The notes under the pieces: generated by a model | Databases searched by the model: none | Seen by the model: only the letters and a program-made list of their open reading frames with translations | Told to the model about the DNA's origin: nothing | Part shown: positions 1-10,545 of the stretch, one piece after another | How the letters are laid out: each line of letters begins with the position of its first letter | Position numbering within the stretch: the first letter of the stretch is position 1 | Translations under genes and position numbers: made by a program | Source of the DNA: Amphiscolops sp. MND2022 | Taxonomy: Eukaryota | Assembly: GCA_964187785.1 (NCBI GenBank) | Contig: OZ076412.1 | Span: 32,612,001 to 32,676,000, forward strand | DNA: 64,000 bases | Direction: 5' to 3'

Positions 1-945
1 TTGAATTGTTCTGCCTGGACTGGTCCTTCCGTTGTGTCGTTTAGTATTCGACACTGCTGGTCTTTTCCCGAGTATCTTCCTCGGTTTCTGGTGTCTTCTG
101 GGCATTTAGTCTGTTTACGGTGTTTCCTGTAATCAGATGTTATGGGATTATTGAATCTAATAATGGGGTTTGTTTTTGTTAATCTCTTCGATCTACGTAG
201 GTTATGTTCTTTTGTTTCTTGTTCTATTTCGGTGCTAGAACTTAGGTTACTAATTAATTCTAGATCGGAGGTTTCTGTTTCTAAGTTGTTTTTCTCCTTA
301 TTTTCTTCCCCTCCGTAAACGGTATTATTGTAATTATGAGTTACCTTACCGTTTAAGTCTTTGATAAAAAGTTCTGTGTCATTTTGTTTGGCGTCTTCAA
401 TGATACGGTCAATGTCCGTATCTGTCATGTTCTCCGTGATGATGGTTAAAGGGCCGAGACTGTCCGTTGAGCCGGTAAGTGAACCAGGGCTTTGTCTGTT
501 GCGGACCAGTTTCGGACGCCCTCTTCCGAATGATCCACTTGTTTTTGTGGTTGGCGTTGTTGGGTTGCTTCGAGATTGTGTGCCCTCTGTTATCTGAGTA
601 GTATCCATTTGTGGTGTTGCTGGATTGCTCTTCTCCGAGTCGCTGTCTGATTTGGCTTCTCGTGTCAGTCTGCGGGATTTTATGAACCGGCCGTCCGGTC
701 CTCTCAGTCCCATACCTCTGTTGTTCTGTTCCTGTGCAAATTCAGAGATTGGTTTACTAATGTGTTTCCTATGTAGAATTTTATTGTCCGCGGTTGTAAC
801 CGTGTGCTTAATTCCCGATACGGCAGTTTGTAGTTTATTTGAGTAGGCGCTTTCAAATTTCGGTTTATTTATTCTTTTCTCGAAAAATTGAAATGGGTAA
901 GTACTCACTCCTTTTGGTCCCTTCTTTTGTTTCATCGGTAGCTGG

Positions 946-1857
946 TCAGAGGCACCGCCAGCTCCGTGGAAGGAATATACCTGTAAGGTATCTGGGTTTG
1001 CTGAAAAACAATTGTTTGTTATAGTTTTCAGTTTTATCTAGGTTTAGAAGGTTACTGATTTCCGTGCTCGGTTCTCGTCCGTAGTGTAGTTCGAAAGCGG
1101 ATTTCCCCAGTCTCGTGTGGGGTGTTTTTCTCATCACATTTAAGGCTATATCTAACGCTTTGTTGAATTTTTCGCCTGCTTTTATGTTTGTCAGCATTGT
1201 CTCTTTTAGTGTCCTTACGCCGCGTTTGACCAGCCCTGTGGGGGTGTGTATATATGGTGTCCCATATATGAGTCTTATATGGTGATTTTTACAAAACTCT
1301 CTAAAAGTGTGGCCGGTAAATGCCGTGGCTTTATCCGTTCTAATAGTTTTCGGAATGCCGTTCAGGTTTATGTATTGTTCCATAAACTTAACCGTGGTTT
1401 CGCCGTCGGTTGATTTACAAAGGCTTGCCGCCGGCCATTTACTAAACCGGTCCATTGAAAGTAAAATAAAGAACCTTTGGTTTCTTTCGGTGAACGGTCC
1501 GATAAAATCCAGTTGTATTTCTTCATTTGGTTTGTCTAATGCCGGTAATTGGTTTTTTTCCGTATTATGTAAGTTAGGTTTGATGTTCTTACCGGACATT
1601 TTGCACGGGATGCAGCCGTCACATTTCTTTTGTATAGCCTTAGTGATTTTCGGCTACCAGAAGTGTCTTGCCGCCATTGACATCTTGTTGATAGCGGGAT
1701 GGCCTTTGTGGAGGAGGCTGATCACCGTTGTTCTGAGATTTTTCGGGACAATTATACGGTCTTCATAAAACACGAGTCCGTACCTGGTAGATAGTTTTCT
1801 TCGGCATTGCTGGTATTCTTCCGGGATGTTGTCTTGTTGCTGTCTCTCAAGGCACAC
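946..1857 (-). pseudogene. Integrase (HHCC remnant plus DDE core) of element A
   Basis: LLHKGHPAINKM...W, then IQLDFIGP, IRTDKATAF, TPTGLVKRGVRTLK (catalytic E position reads K). Split over ORFs 1654-1857 and 946-1599. Confidence 0.9.
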
Positions 1858-2204
1858 GAGTGTTTTTAGAGAGTCGGGTCGTTTGTTGTCTCTGTCATCA
1901 GCAACTGGAGGTCTGTGGAGAAATTCTTCTCCGGTTCACGTACCGCGTTTCCGAGGTCCCAATCATTCTGCTCTTCTGCGGTGGTTCTAGGGGCATGTCC
2001 CATTTTTGTATATTGGACGCTTTTAACGCCTGCGTATTTTGCCCAATTTATTGCGGGGACTTCGAGTATGGACGGGTCTTGATCGGATTCCGAGTCAATT
2101 TCCCCTTCTTCCATCGGTATTGGTTGTTGCTGTGAGGGCCCGGGTCTGTCTTCTGTGTTGGCCGGTGTTCGCGGTCTGTCGACGTCCCAGAACGGGTCGA
2201 CCGA

Positions 2205-3290
2205 TCATTGCTCCTGTCTTCTGGTTTCTGGTTGAAATCCCCCGGCTGGTTCTTGTTGACTTTGGTTTTCAACATTTCTGATGGCTTGTTGGAGTTGTTC
2301 TTCGATGACTCGCCTTTCATTTCTCAGGAATTTGGGTTCGTGGTACTTTTTCCAGCGGCCACCTGACTGTCTGTGAACCCCGGGCTTTACAATATCTCTC
2401 CATCTAGCAATGAGATATCTAGTTTCCGCCGATTTATCGGCTCGTTCGAGATTATCGATGGTTCTGGCGTCCATGATAATTTTAGCTTTTGATGCGGTTT
2501 GAAATGAGCTGCTGACTTGTGAACTTTTAGGGCAATCAATGGCGATTTGTTCACGCGTTTTGGAATGCTTTGGTGTGTTGTTTGCTTTGCGCGTAGTTTC
2601 TTGTTGCGCTCCGTGTTTTGATTGATTAAAATGGTTGCTAAGGCAACCGTATTTGGTCACAAATTTGTAGTGCGGGATGACGTTTTTGATTACGTATTCT
2701 TCGTCGTATACGTCATCGGCTTGTGGAGGTGCCGACGGATTACGACTGAGATAATCCGTGAGCGCTAAGTGCTTGCCGGCTATATGGCTGACGTTGATTG
2801 TGAAGTGCGCTAAGCGGTCAAGCCAAATCGTTAGCCGCGCGCTGTATGTTTTGTTGGATCGGTTACGTTTAATTAGTGGCTCTAGTGCTTGGTGGTCTGT
2901 TAATAATTTTATCGGTTTACCGTATATATAAAGGCGGAAGTGTTCTAATCCCCATACAACTGCCAATAATTCCAATTCATTGATTGCATATTTCTTTTCT
3001 GTATCGGAAAGGAAGCGACTGGCAAATCCGATCGGTTTTAAATCTCCATTTGGCTGTTCTTGCCATAGCGTTGCGCCCAGTCCTTTCGTGCTGGCGTCCG
3101 TTGTTAATATATTCGGAAAATTTGAATTGTACTGGGCCAGACACGGTATTTCCGTAATTTTTTGTTTTAAATTTTCAAACGCTGTGGTGTGTTCGTCGGT
3201 CCAATTCCAAAAGTTATCTTTTTTTAGTAAATGTCTTAGAATGTCGGTTTGTGCTGACAGATTTTCGATGTATTTTGATAAATATTGAAT
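2205..3290 (-). pseudogene. RT connection/RNase H plus linker of element A
   Basis: TDASTKGLGATLWQ, FASRFLSDTEKKYA, ELLAVVWGLEHFRLYIYGKPIKLLTDHQAL, HIAGKHLALTDYLSR. Confidence 0.9.
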
Positions 3291-3318
3291 TGCGCCTAGG
3301 AACGATTTTAGTTCCTTC

Positions 3319-3804
3319 TCATTTTCGGGTCTTTTCGGTTAATTTGTCTTGTAACGGTCTAATACCGTTTTGGTCGATTCTGTGGCCGATCCACTCTATT
3401 TCGGTTTTGAAAAGCTCAGATTTGTTCTCGCTTAGTCTGTAACCCGCGTTTTCTAGTCTTGTTAACACATCGGTTAATTCCTCCATGTGTTTTTGTTTTG
3501 AGCCTTTAGTTACTACTATAATGTCATCCAGCCATTCTGGGAGTTTGTTTTCCAATGTTTGGTCAATTTTCTCTTGAAAAATGGTCGGTATGTCCGCTAA
3601 CCCGTAAAATCCTTTTAAAAAACGGTAGTAGCCGGTAAAATTACCTCCGGTCACCGCGAATATGCAAAGGTCCATTGCTCGTTTTGATAATTGTAGTTGG
3701 CCGTACGCATAGTCTAGATCGAACTTCGAAATCCATATTTCGTCTGCCGGTCCGTCGGCTATTTTCCTGGAGATTCTTGAAATCAATTCCTCCATGTTTG
3801 GCAT
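3319..3804 (-). pseudogene. Reverse transcriptase core of element A (frameshifted)
   Basis: SKFDLDYAYGQL, FLKGFYGLADIPTIFQ, WLDDIIV motifs; the frame breaks after LQDKL. Confidence 0.9.
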
Positions 3805-4197
3805 TTGTGCTTTCCTTTTTACCGTTATCTCGTTTAGTTTCCGAGAGTCCAGGGCTATTTTTACCGATTTGTCTTTTTTGATCGTTATTACCGCCGGGCT
3901 GACGAAGCATGTTTCGTCGATATCATTTGCTTTTTCAATGTGCCCTTGGTCTTTTAGTTTTTCTATCTCTTTTTCGACCGCCGGTTGTAAATGGATCGGA
4001 ATTGGTCTGCCCTTTTGTTGGATTAGCTTCGCTTCTTCTTTTAATTGAATATCTACTTTTATGTTATTTACCGTGTGATTTTCGTTAAACAGTTTGTGGA
4101 ACTTACGTTTTAGTGTCGTTATGTCCCGGTCTTCTGTGTTTCCCGTCTTGGTTATGTGGTTGATTTCTGTTTTGGGGGTTTCTACCTCTAGTGTAAT

Positions 4198-5526
4198 TCA
4201 CAATTTTCCCATCCAGTCTAGTCCGAGTAACGGGTGGGTGTTTCTAGTTGTTACCAGTATTTCCAGTTGTTGTTTTGTACCGTTCAATTCAACATTTGCG
4301 GTGGATTTTCCTTCGAATTTTATTTTATTGTCATTCACGTCCTGATAATCTACAGTTATCGGATTGAGTGTTGTCACCTTGTTGAATTTAGATTTTGGAA
4401 TAAGAGTTACTGGTGAGCCTGTGTCAATTATGAATTTGATTGGTCGGTTATTAACCAATACCGTTTTCATGTAGAACGGCGGTCCGTTCTTGTTATTTGT
4501 TGCCAGTGAATGGATTTTTGGTTGTATCAAATGTATTCTGTCTGGTGTCCAGTCATCTTCGTCCGCACTGTAAGTTTCTTCGTCTTCTGCTATATGGTTG
4601 ATTTTTTTCGATGAGCGGCAGCATTTAGCGAAGTGTCCGGGTTTACCGCATTTGGCACATTTCTTTCCTCTCGCCGGACATTCGTGTTGTTTGGACCAAT
4701 TGGGAGCTCCGCATCTGTTGCAGTCCATTCTTCTAAGTTTTGTGTTTTTTTCCGTTTGTTCTTTTGTGGGTTTGAATTTTCTCTTTTCTACATGTCTGAT
4801 TTTCTTTTCTTCGTCAGTTTCTGGAGAATCGTTCAGTTTTTCATACATGTACTCGTGTATTGCGTCTGTTATTGTTTCAACTGACATGTCGCCCTTGCGT
4901 ATTTTCTTTTTCAACTCGTAAGCTCCAGTTGACTTCCCTATGAGTGATAAGAATTTAGATGCAAGTAATTCTGCGGCTGTGATATTTTCGAATTCACAGT
5001 TCTTTTCGATTTCCAGAATTCTTTTCCATACATCTGCTGCCGTTTCTCCGTTTTCTCTCTTAAGATCGAAGAAATCGGATCGGCTGTGTTGTACGTTCCG
5101 TTCCGGTGTGTAATGTAACCGGAATAGTGTGTATAGTTTATGTAGTGGGAGAGAGCTCGGTTCTCTTTCTCTTACCGTCTTGGTCATTTCGGTAAGGGCG
5201 TTTTGTCCAATTGCCCAAAGGAAGATGTCTTTTATCTCGGTTTCTAATTGTTCCCGATATTGTGGTAAGATCTCTTTGGAATTTACCATTGTTGAGATGT
5301 CGATTTCTTTCGTCATTTTCACATATTGGACGAATTTTCGCCACCACAGGTTTGCACTTGTGCTATCATATTTTTCCAGACTTGGTATAGATAGCTTTTG
5401 GGTGCAAGTCCGCTCGCCCGTTCTCATTGAAGTTTCCTTGGGCGGTTGCCGTGTACTTGAAGATTGGTCCAGTGACCGGTTAGATTGTTCACCATTCGTG
5501 GGTGGTGTGCTGTGAGATTCGTCCAT
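4198..5526 (-). CDS. Gag (capsid-like region plus zinc knuckles) fused to a retropepsin aspartic protease
   Basis: 442-aa ORF with CNRCGAPNWSKQHEC and CAKCGKPGHFAKCC knuckles and FIIDTGSPVTLIP. It starts 46 nt after the PBS. Confidence 0.92.
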   Translation of the reverse strand: MDESHSTPPTNGEQSNRSLDQSSSTRQPPKETSMRTGERTCTQKLSIPSLEKYDSTSANLWWRKFVQYVKMTKEIDISTMVNSKEILPQYREQLETEIKDIFLWAIGQNALTEMTKTVREREPSSLPLHKLYTLFRLHYTPERNVQHSRSDFFDLKRENGETAADVWKRILEIEKNCEFENITAAELLASKFLSLIGKSTGAYELKKKIRKGDMSVETITDAIHEYMYEKLNDSPETDEEKKIRHVEKRKFKPTKEQTEKNTKLRRMDCNRCGAPNWSKQHECPARGKKCAKCGKPGHFAKCCRSSKKINHIAEDEETYSADEDDWTPDRIHLIQPKIHSLATNNKNGPPFYMKTVLVNNRPIKFIIDTGSPVTLIPKSKFNKVTTLNPITVDYQDVNDNKIKFEGKSTANVELNGTKQQLEILVTTRNTHPLLGLDWMGKL

Positions 5527-5571
5527 TTTCGAATCGTATGTAATAGTTCTTGGCTAAGTGTAAGTTAGCCT

Positions 5572-5581
5572 GACTGCGCCA
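5572..5581 (-). promoter_or_regulatory. Primer-binding site, tRNA-Ser-like
   Basis: Minus strand reads ...ACAACA|TGGCGCAGTC, matching the TGGCGCAGTC PBS type known from tRNA-Ser-primed Gypsy elements (17.6/297 group). The tRNA assignment is from memory. Confidence 0.75.
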
Positions 5582-5792
5582 TGTTGTAATCTCTTTGCTT
5601 GACAAAAGTTACACAACATAAAACTGTATTCGTCTATCAATCTTTTTGTACTGAATAAAGATCAGCTTTTTAAGTATAGACAATAGTAACAGGTACTAAG
5701 GACATGTAGACAATTAAGTATAATGATATCAAACAATGATAATGTCTGTCTATGGTTTGTCCTCTAATTCTAGTTCTTTAGCTGCTACTTCA
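5582..5792 (-). repeat. 5' LTR of element A (~211 bp; outer boundary inferred)
   Basis: Ends in CA next to the PBS. Shares CATAAAACTGTATT, GTTTGTCCTCT and terminal TACTTCA with the LTRs of element B (54603-54720, 59359-59559). An alternative boundary at 6102 cannot be excluded. Confidence 0.65.
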
Positions 5793-7790
5793 GACTCTGT
5801 TTATGTGTTCTGGTTGCCCAAGTTCCTCTGACATTGCTTCAAGATAGCTTCCGTTAATCGGAGTTTCTCGGATGATATCGCTTCCTCCTCAGCAGTGAGG
5901 AGTGGTACTGGCTACTGCCACTTGTGTGTTTGACACAGTCATTGGTAGTGTCTTCAGTGGTTCCAGCTGCCCTGCCTATGTCTTTCACTTCTGATACAAT
6001 TGCGCGGTGGTTAGGTTGTGTCGCCTTGCTCTCTTCCCTTCAAACAAAAGAGGTGCTCCCGGGCATCCCAATGATTCAATCTATTGAATATAGAAGTCCA
6101 CATTTTTAGCGTTTCCAGAGTTTCGACTAACTGGATGTTTCAGCAAGTTTCTGAAATGTAGAATTTTTTTCCAGCTGTCGTAGCGGAACAAAACTTGCAC
6201 TGCGTGTTTTCTGTAATACCTAAAGCCAGAAAATGCTCTTTCGAGGATCTTGGCGATTGTTGCTTTATTCAAGTTTTCTAAAAAACACTCAAATCGCTCG
6301 CAATTTTATCAGAAACGGTCGAAATTTGGCCAAGCAATCTTTGGTAAAGTGGTGTGCACGAAAAAAGTAGAAACTAAGGTGTGGGTGCCTATATGAACTT
6401 TCGATTCGATACTGACCTGCTGTACCCTTAGGTACTTTAGAACGCTTTTTTCTAAGTTCTTTCTCACTGCGTTTCCGTCAATCAGTATCACATTGAGCGT
6501 CAGTTATGAGAGTGAGAAGCACATTGGTCCCACTTTTCGATTAGGGTTTCGCAAAACTTTAGAAAAACGTCAGACTTTTTTCCGTTTTGTTAGTGTTTTA
6601 GGCAAGATAGTTTGCCGATTTTTCTTACCCTTTGACACCAACCTCGATACTTGCCGTCTAAAGTTTCAAGAGAATCTCGCGAGTTTCTCTAGGTTTTTGA
6701 AAGGGCACTGATAATACGTTCCAGAAACGTCAGGTGTTTAGGTGACGTTTTTGCAATTTGGTCACGTAAGCTGTTCCAAAAAATGCAATTTCTTGGTGTA
6801 GAGGTTCAATACGTTGCTCTATTGGTGGTAACGCTGGGATAAGCCCTTAATCACCCGTGACCAAGAAGTATAGGGCACCGTAAGTTCAATAAGTTTGGAA
6901 AAATTCGGTAACTTCGCTCTTTTTTAGAGTTAAAAACGTTAAAGAGCTTTTCTCAAATTCGGTAAGCGTTCATTTGGTCAAGCAATTGTTTTGATGACGG
7001 TTACTAAAACTTAACCGCGTTTGGGGCAGTGTTATGATTTAAGTGACCCGATACTACTTTTGGGACGGTCCGGTTTATGAGGATTTAGTGGTTTCCAGAG
7101 CGTTTGTACTTTTCCCGACACTGAAGACAAATTTTTCAAAGCAGTTTTCTTTGGTGAACAATAAAAGTCACCAGAAAAACCAGCACTTAGCCGCTGGCTT
7201 ATTCAAATCTATGAACTCCTATTGGGGTTTATAATAACTCCAGAACAACTCTGATACAACCCTAACATCAAGGTTTTTGAGGCTATATTGAAAACTGAAC
7301 CTTTTAAAATTTTTCAAAAGTTCAGAATAAATGACTTTCCGGTGCCCTGAAGTTCGCCCAAAACTTGTTTCAGCAACCTGGATGTCTTTTAATGTTCAGA
7401 CCACAGTCCTCAGGTGACGTTTTCTACCGTGCTTGAGTCAATTTTGGTGCAAAAGGGGTTTTTCCTAGTGAAATACGTTTGTCAAAGCGCGCAAACGGCA
7501 ACTCATTCCAAGCAAATATTACGATTGGTAGCGTCATCATCCGATGTCAGTTTTTGTCCACAATTTGTCCTGGCAAGATTAGAAGTTTGCTAATTGAGTC
7601 TTTGTAGCAACAATTTAGCGTTCTTTCAACATGCTTTTTTGAGTCTGCCTCGTGGTTGTAGTGATTTTAGTCTTTTGCATTTCTGCGAACAGGTCCTTTG
7701 AAGCCGACGAACACGATTTGCGGAAGCTGATCAAAAAATGGAGTTTCCTCTCGTGAAAGAATTTTTCAACCATGGCTTGAAAGGTGATCG

Positions 7791-8261
7791 TTACGTCTTC
7801 TGATAGTTAGTTGTGGTCATATTCACAGCCAAGTGGTTAGTTAATATTGAATGGTCATAAGTGTTACGACATGTGCTCGGGTCGTCGTTAGGCGTTAAGT
7901 TTATCCTAACGGATTTTGTAGGAGTGTAAAAACTCCTTGTTTCATTTTCTGGTTCTTCATCAATACTTTCTTTTACGTTTTTCCCTATTATAGGTTTCAA
8001 CGGTCTCAACATTTCTTTCTGAGACTCTACGAGGAGATTTTTGATTTCGGAAGATATTTCCTCTTTCAAAGAAGCTCTCAAGCTCTCACGAAGACTATTT
8101 TCCACTCTGGGGGAATTCGCAATAGAAGGTCCCGCAATGCTTGCGTCTTGCTCTGGATGACAAACGTTTTCCAATATTATTGGTGAAATTAAACCTTCAC
8201 TTACACTTTCGGTGATCTCCTGCTGATTGTTACTTCTCTTTTGACATATTGTTGTCGACAT
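7791..8261 (-). CDS. LTR-encoded N-terminal Gag extension; ORF reads out of the 3' LTR into flanking DNA
   Basis: 156-aa ORF. The first ~133 codons lie in the LTR and match sequence directly upstream of gag at 28277-28623 and 39550-39896; the last ~23 codons are flank. Confidence 0.7.
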   Translation of the reverse strand: MSTTICQKRSNNQQEITESVSEGLISPIILENVCHPEQDASIAGPSIANSPRVENSLRESLRASLKEEISSEIKNLLVESQKEMLRPLKPIIGKNVKESIDEEPENETRSFYTPTKSVRINLTPNDDPSTCRNTYDHSILTNHLAVNMTTTNYQKT

Positions 8262-8600
8262 CTTCGGAAAAAAGATTCAATTTTGGATTTTTAATTGACT
8301 TTGAAACTATTTTTCAACAAAGTTGAGATGTGGGCTTTTAATCAGAGACAAATTGTACAACTGTTTTATACCAGAAATAAAAGACTGAGTCCCTCAGAAA
8401 TTGAGGCACCTCATATTTATACCATCCTAGCATCATTTGATCACGTATAAATTCCTAATTATCCCAAAACAATTAGTCATTCCCTGTATTTTTGATGAAA
8501 GAAATCATTTATATCCCAAATTTGCGTCGACATTCCGTCAAATTCAAGACACGACAATTTCAATCTAGTATCAGTCATCAACCATGATCATATCGTTTCA
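7862..8600 (-). repeat. Full-length 739-bp terminal 3' LTR of the array
   Basis: Minus strand begins TGAAACG (8600) and ends CGTAACA (7862), an imperfect inverted pair. It is preceded by a purine tract and followed by unrelated DNA, whereas internal copies are followed by a PBS-like sequence. TATAAATA at 8421-8414. Confidence 0.8.
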
Positions 8601-8625
8601 TTCCGGCGTCCTTTTGTTTCCTCCC
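8601..8625 (-). promoter_or_regulatory. Probable polypurine tract
   Basis: Minus strand GGGAGGAAACAAAAGGACGCCGGAA|TGAAACG directly upstream of the LTR start. Confidence 0.55.
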
Positions 8626-8799
8626 AAGCAGGAAGTAGATATTATTTCAATCTGTCGAAAAGGAAATACTTCCCTGTTTTACTGCTTTGGTTCGTAGGAA
8701 AGTGGACGCGGATATGACGCTGACATGAAAAACTAATTCCTGATTTTGAATTTTGACTTGAACAAAATTATGATCAATATTTTTCAGCTTGGAATCTTC

Positions 8800-9305
8800 A
8801 ACGATGATAAGAGGGAACAAAGTTATAAAATAGCAACCAATTATGATTTATTCAATTTGGATTAGTTATGCATTTTATTTAACAAAACACGAAACAACGA
8901 AGCAATGACGTCGGCTAATCATCGGACATGACAGAGCTTCAAACAATTAACGCTAACACTAGTTTTAAATAACGCTTTGAGTATAAATGAGCGTTAGTGA
9001 TGCACCAAAACCTGTACACTGTTAATAAAAACTGATTCATAGTCCCTAAGAACTACAAAATTTACCGGATTATTCATTTTGAACCAGCGTAATGATTACG
9101 TGGTCCACAAAATGGATTTACAAATTCGAGAATATCGTACGACAACAAGCAGTATAAATATCGCGCAATAATAATTTGCGAGAGATGAAATTTACTCTTA
9201 ACTGGTAACAAGTAATAACTGTTGAAGACACGTTTAATAGTTTAGCTCATTACTCGTTATTCCATTACATGCTCATTACATCGAATTCATTAAAACAGTA
9301 TTCAT
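8800..9305 (-). pseudogene. Accessory ORF-B remnant, copy 1 (internally deleted), unknown product
   Basis: Starts MNTVLMNS, as in the longer copies at 29406 and 40679; lacks ~300 bp present there. Many stops. Confidence 0.3.
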
Positions 9306-9329
9306 TCCAGTATTCTGGACGGAATAAAA

Positions 9330-9600
9330 CAGCTATTATGATTGATTTGCGACGTAGCGTTGACAAATTTTCTTAGCTATCTTGGCAAGCTGCCAATTTT
9401 GACGAGATGCTGACGAGTATTTTAGAATGAAATTCTGACTAGCTGCCAAGTTAGTGACGTCATACCGTCGACCAATTTGGAATACTTTCAACTAGCCGAC
9501 TGCCAAGTTGCGTAGTGCTGACGTCACTAGTATACTTTTCAGGTGGCGAATGTTTCTATTGTGACGTGGCAAAAACGTTTTGCCGGAAATGCGTGAAATC
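9330..9600. promoter_or_regulatory. CRE-like motif cluster 1 (repeated at ~29440-29700, ~40720-40980, partly ~49030-49105)
   Basis: Perfect TGACGTCA at 9455-9462 and 9519-9526, repeated CTGCCAAG/CTGCCAA, and the inverted pair GGCAAAA-ACG-TTTTGCC. Confidence 0.55.
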
Positions 9601-9705
9601 TTTGTAGCTCATTTAATTTCCTGTTTTCATTTTCATTTGTGATTTGTGCGAAATAGACGTACTTTTTGTTTTTTTTTCAGTCACAGTTCATCACGAAAAT
9701 GACTA

Positions 9706-10545
9706 TTAATGTTTGAAATCAGTGATTGAAGTACCACCTGGGAAACCATAGACTGCAACCGTGTCCTCTCCCGATCCCAATGCGTTTGCAGCAGCATCCC
9801 AGACCGGGAGCGGGCAGCGACAGGGCCACTCTTGTCGGGCAAACACCTCTCCCTGATTGTCGTGGCGCGAACGAGATTTGGGGCAATTCTCCACCCTGAC
9901 ATCTGTTGTTCTGCTGGTGTTGCCTTCTTCTCCGAGGTCGTTTAGAGGGCTCGCCGGTTTAAAGATTACCTTTTTAATTATGCCGGGGGATGAAGAAGTA
10001 CGATTCAGTGTCTTTCTGTTGGACTCGTTCGAGGTATTCTGCCACTTTACTGCTCGTTATGGACTCTTCATGTGTAGAGGGTTCCTCTACAATGAACACG
10101 TCTGAACACACGCTCTCGTCGGGGCTTACACGGCTGTCCGGCAGCTCTTCGTTTCAGCTCACAGCACGGTCTTATCGCGGGGCGTACGTCTCAGGTTCGA
10201 CGGATTCTAGACTTCAGTTCAGCTTCATGTTTTTGCAATTCGAATCAAGGGAGTCCGCCGAGATATCGAAATATTCCTCCCCGTCTGCGACTGCTTCTGC
10301 CGAGGAGTGTGATACCTCTAACACTACCCTGTAGTTGGATATGAATCCTCGAGGAGGGTGTTGATGCTCGCTCTAGTAACCCTTCTTCGTCTTCGCCCGA
10401 GAAAATGTCGATCAGCTCGAAAACGTTTTTGTAGCTGTTTATCTTCTTAGCTGCTTTCTTTCCTTCTGTTATTCACTTTTGATTGTTCCAGAATGAGGTT
10501 AGAAATAATTAGGATTAAGGAAATTGTCGGGACGAGTCCCTCCAT
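9706..10545 (-). pseudogene. Accessory ORF-C, copy 1: hydrophobic N-terminus plus acidic/Ser-rich region, unknown product
   Basis: MEGLVPTISLILIISNLILEQ...VFELIDIFSGEDEEGLLE...AEAVADGEEYFDISADSLDS...DAAANALGSGED, reconstructed across frameshifts. Confidence 0.45.

Larger units (their letters stand above)
1..5792 (-). mobile_element. Ty3/Gypsy LTR retrotransposon (element A), decayed; 3' end lies outside the window
   Basis: The minus strand reads LTR, PBS, gag (CX2CX4HX4C knuckle), protease (IIDTGS), RT (LDYAYGQL...WLDD), RNase H (ELLAVVWGLEHF...TDH), integrase (HKGH; QLDFIGP...TDKATAF). The PR-RT-RH-IN order is diagnostic of Gypsy. Frameshifts split pol. Confidence 0.95.

Noticed and set aside
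121-300. Conserved LRRSKRLTKTNP block in the integrase tails of A and B
   Set aside because: LRRSxR-type basic motifs are common in Gypsy integrase C-termini, so it is not novel.
361-5515. Plus-strand ORFs in the track over element A (likewise over 54.7-59.3 kb and the pol copies)
   Set aside because: Antisense shadows of retroelement coding sequence with no independent motifs.
5793-6102. Possible extension of the element A LTR to a TGTGGAC start at 6102
   Set aside because: Homology with element B LTRs places the end at 5792. The extra 310 bp may be another LTR fragment, but this cannot be resolved without the 3' LTR.
6103-7860. AT-rich stretch that looks like interspersed-repeat DNA (GGTGACGTTTT twice)
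   Set aside because: No termini, TSD, credible ORF or second copy in the window.
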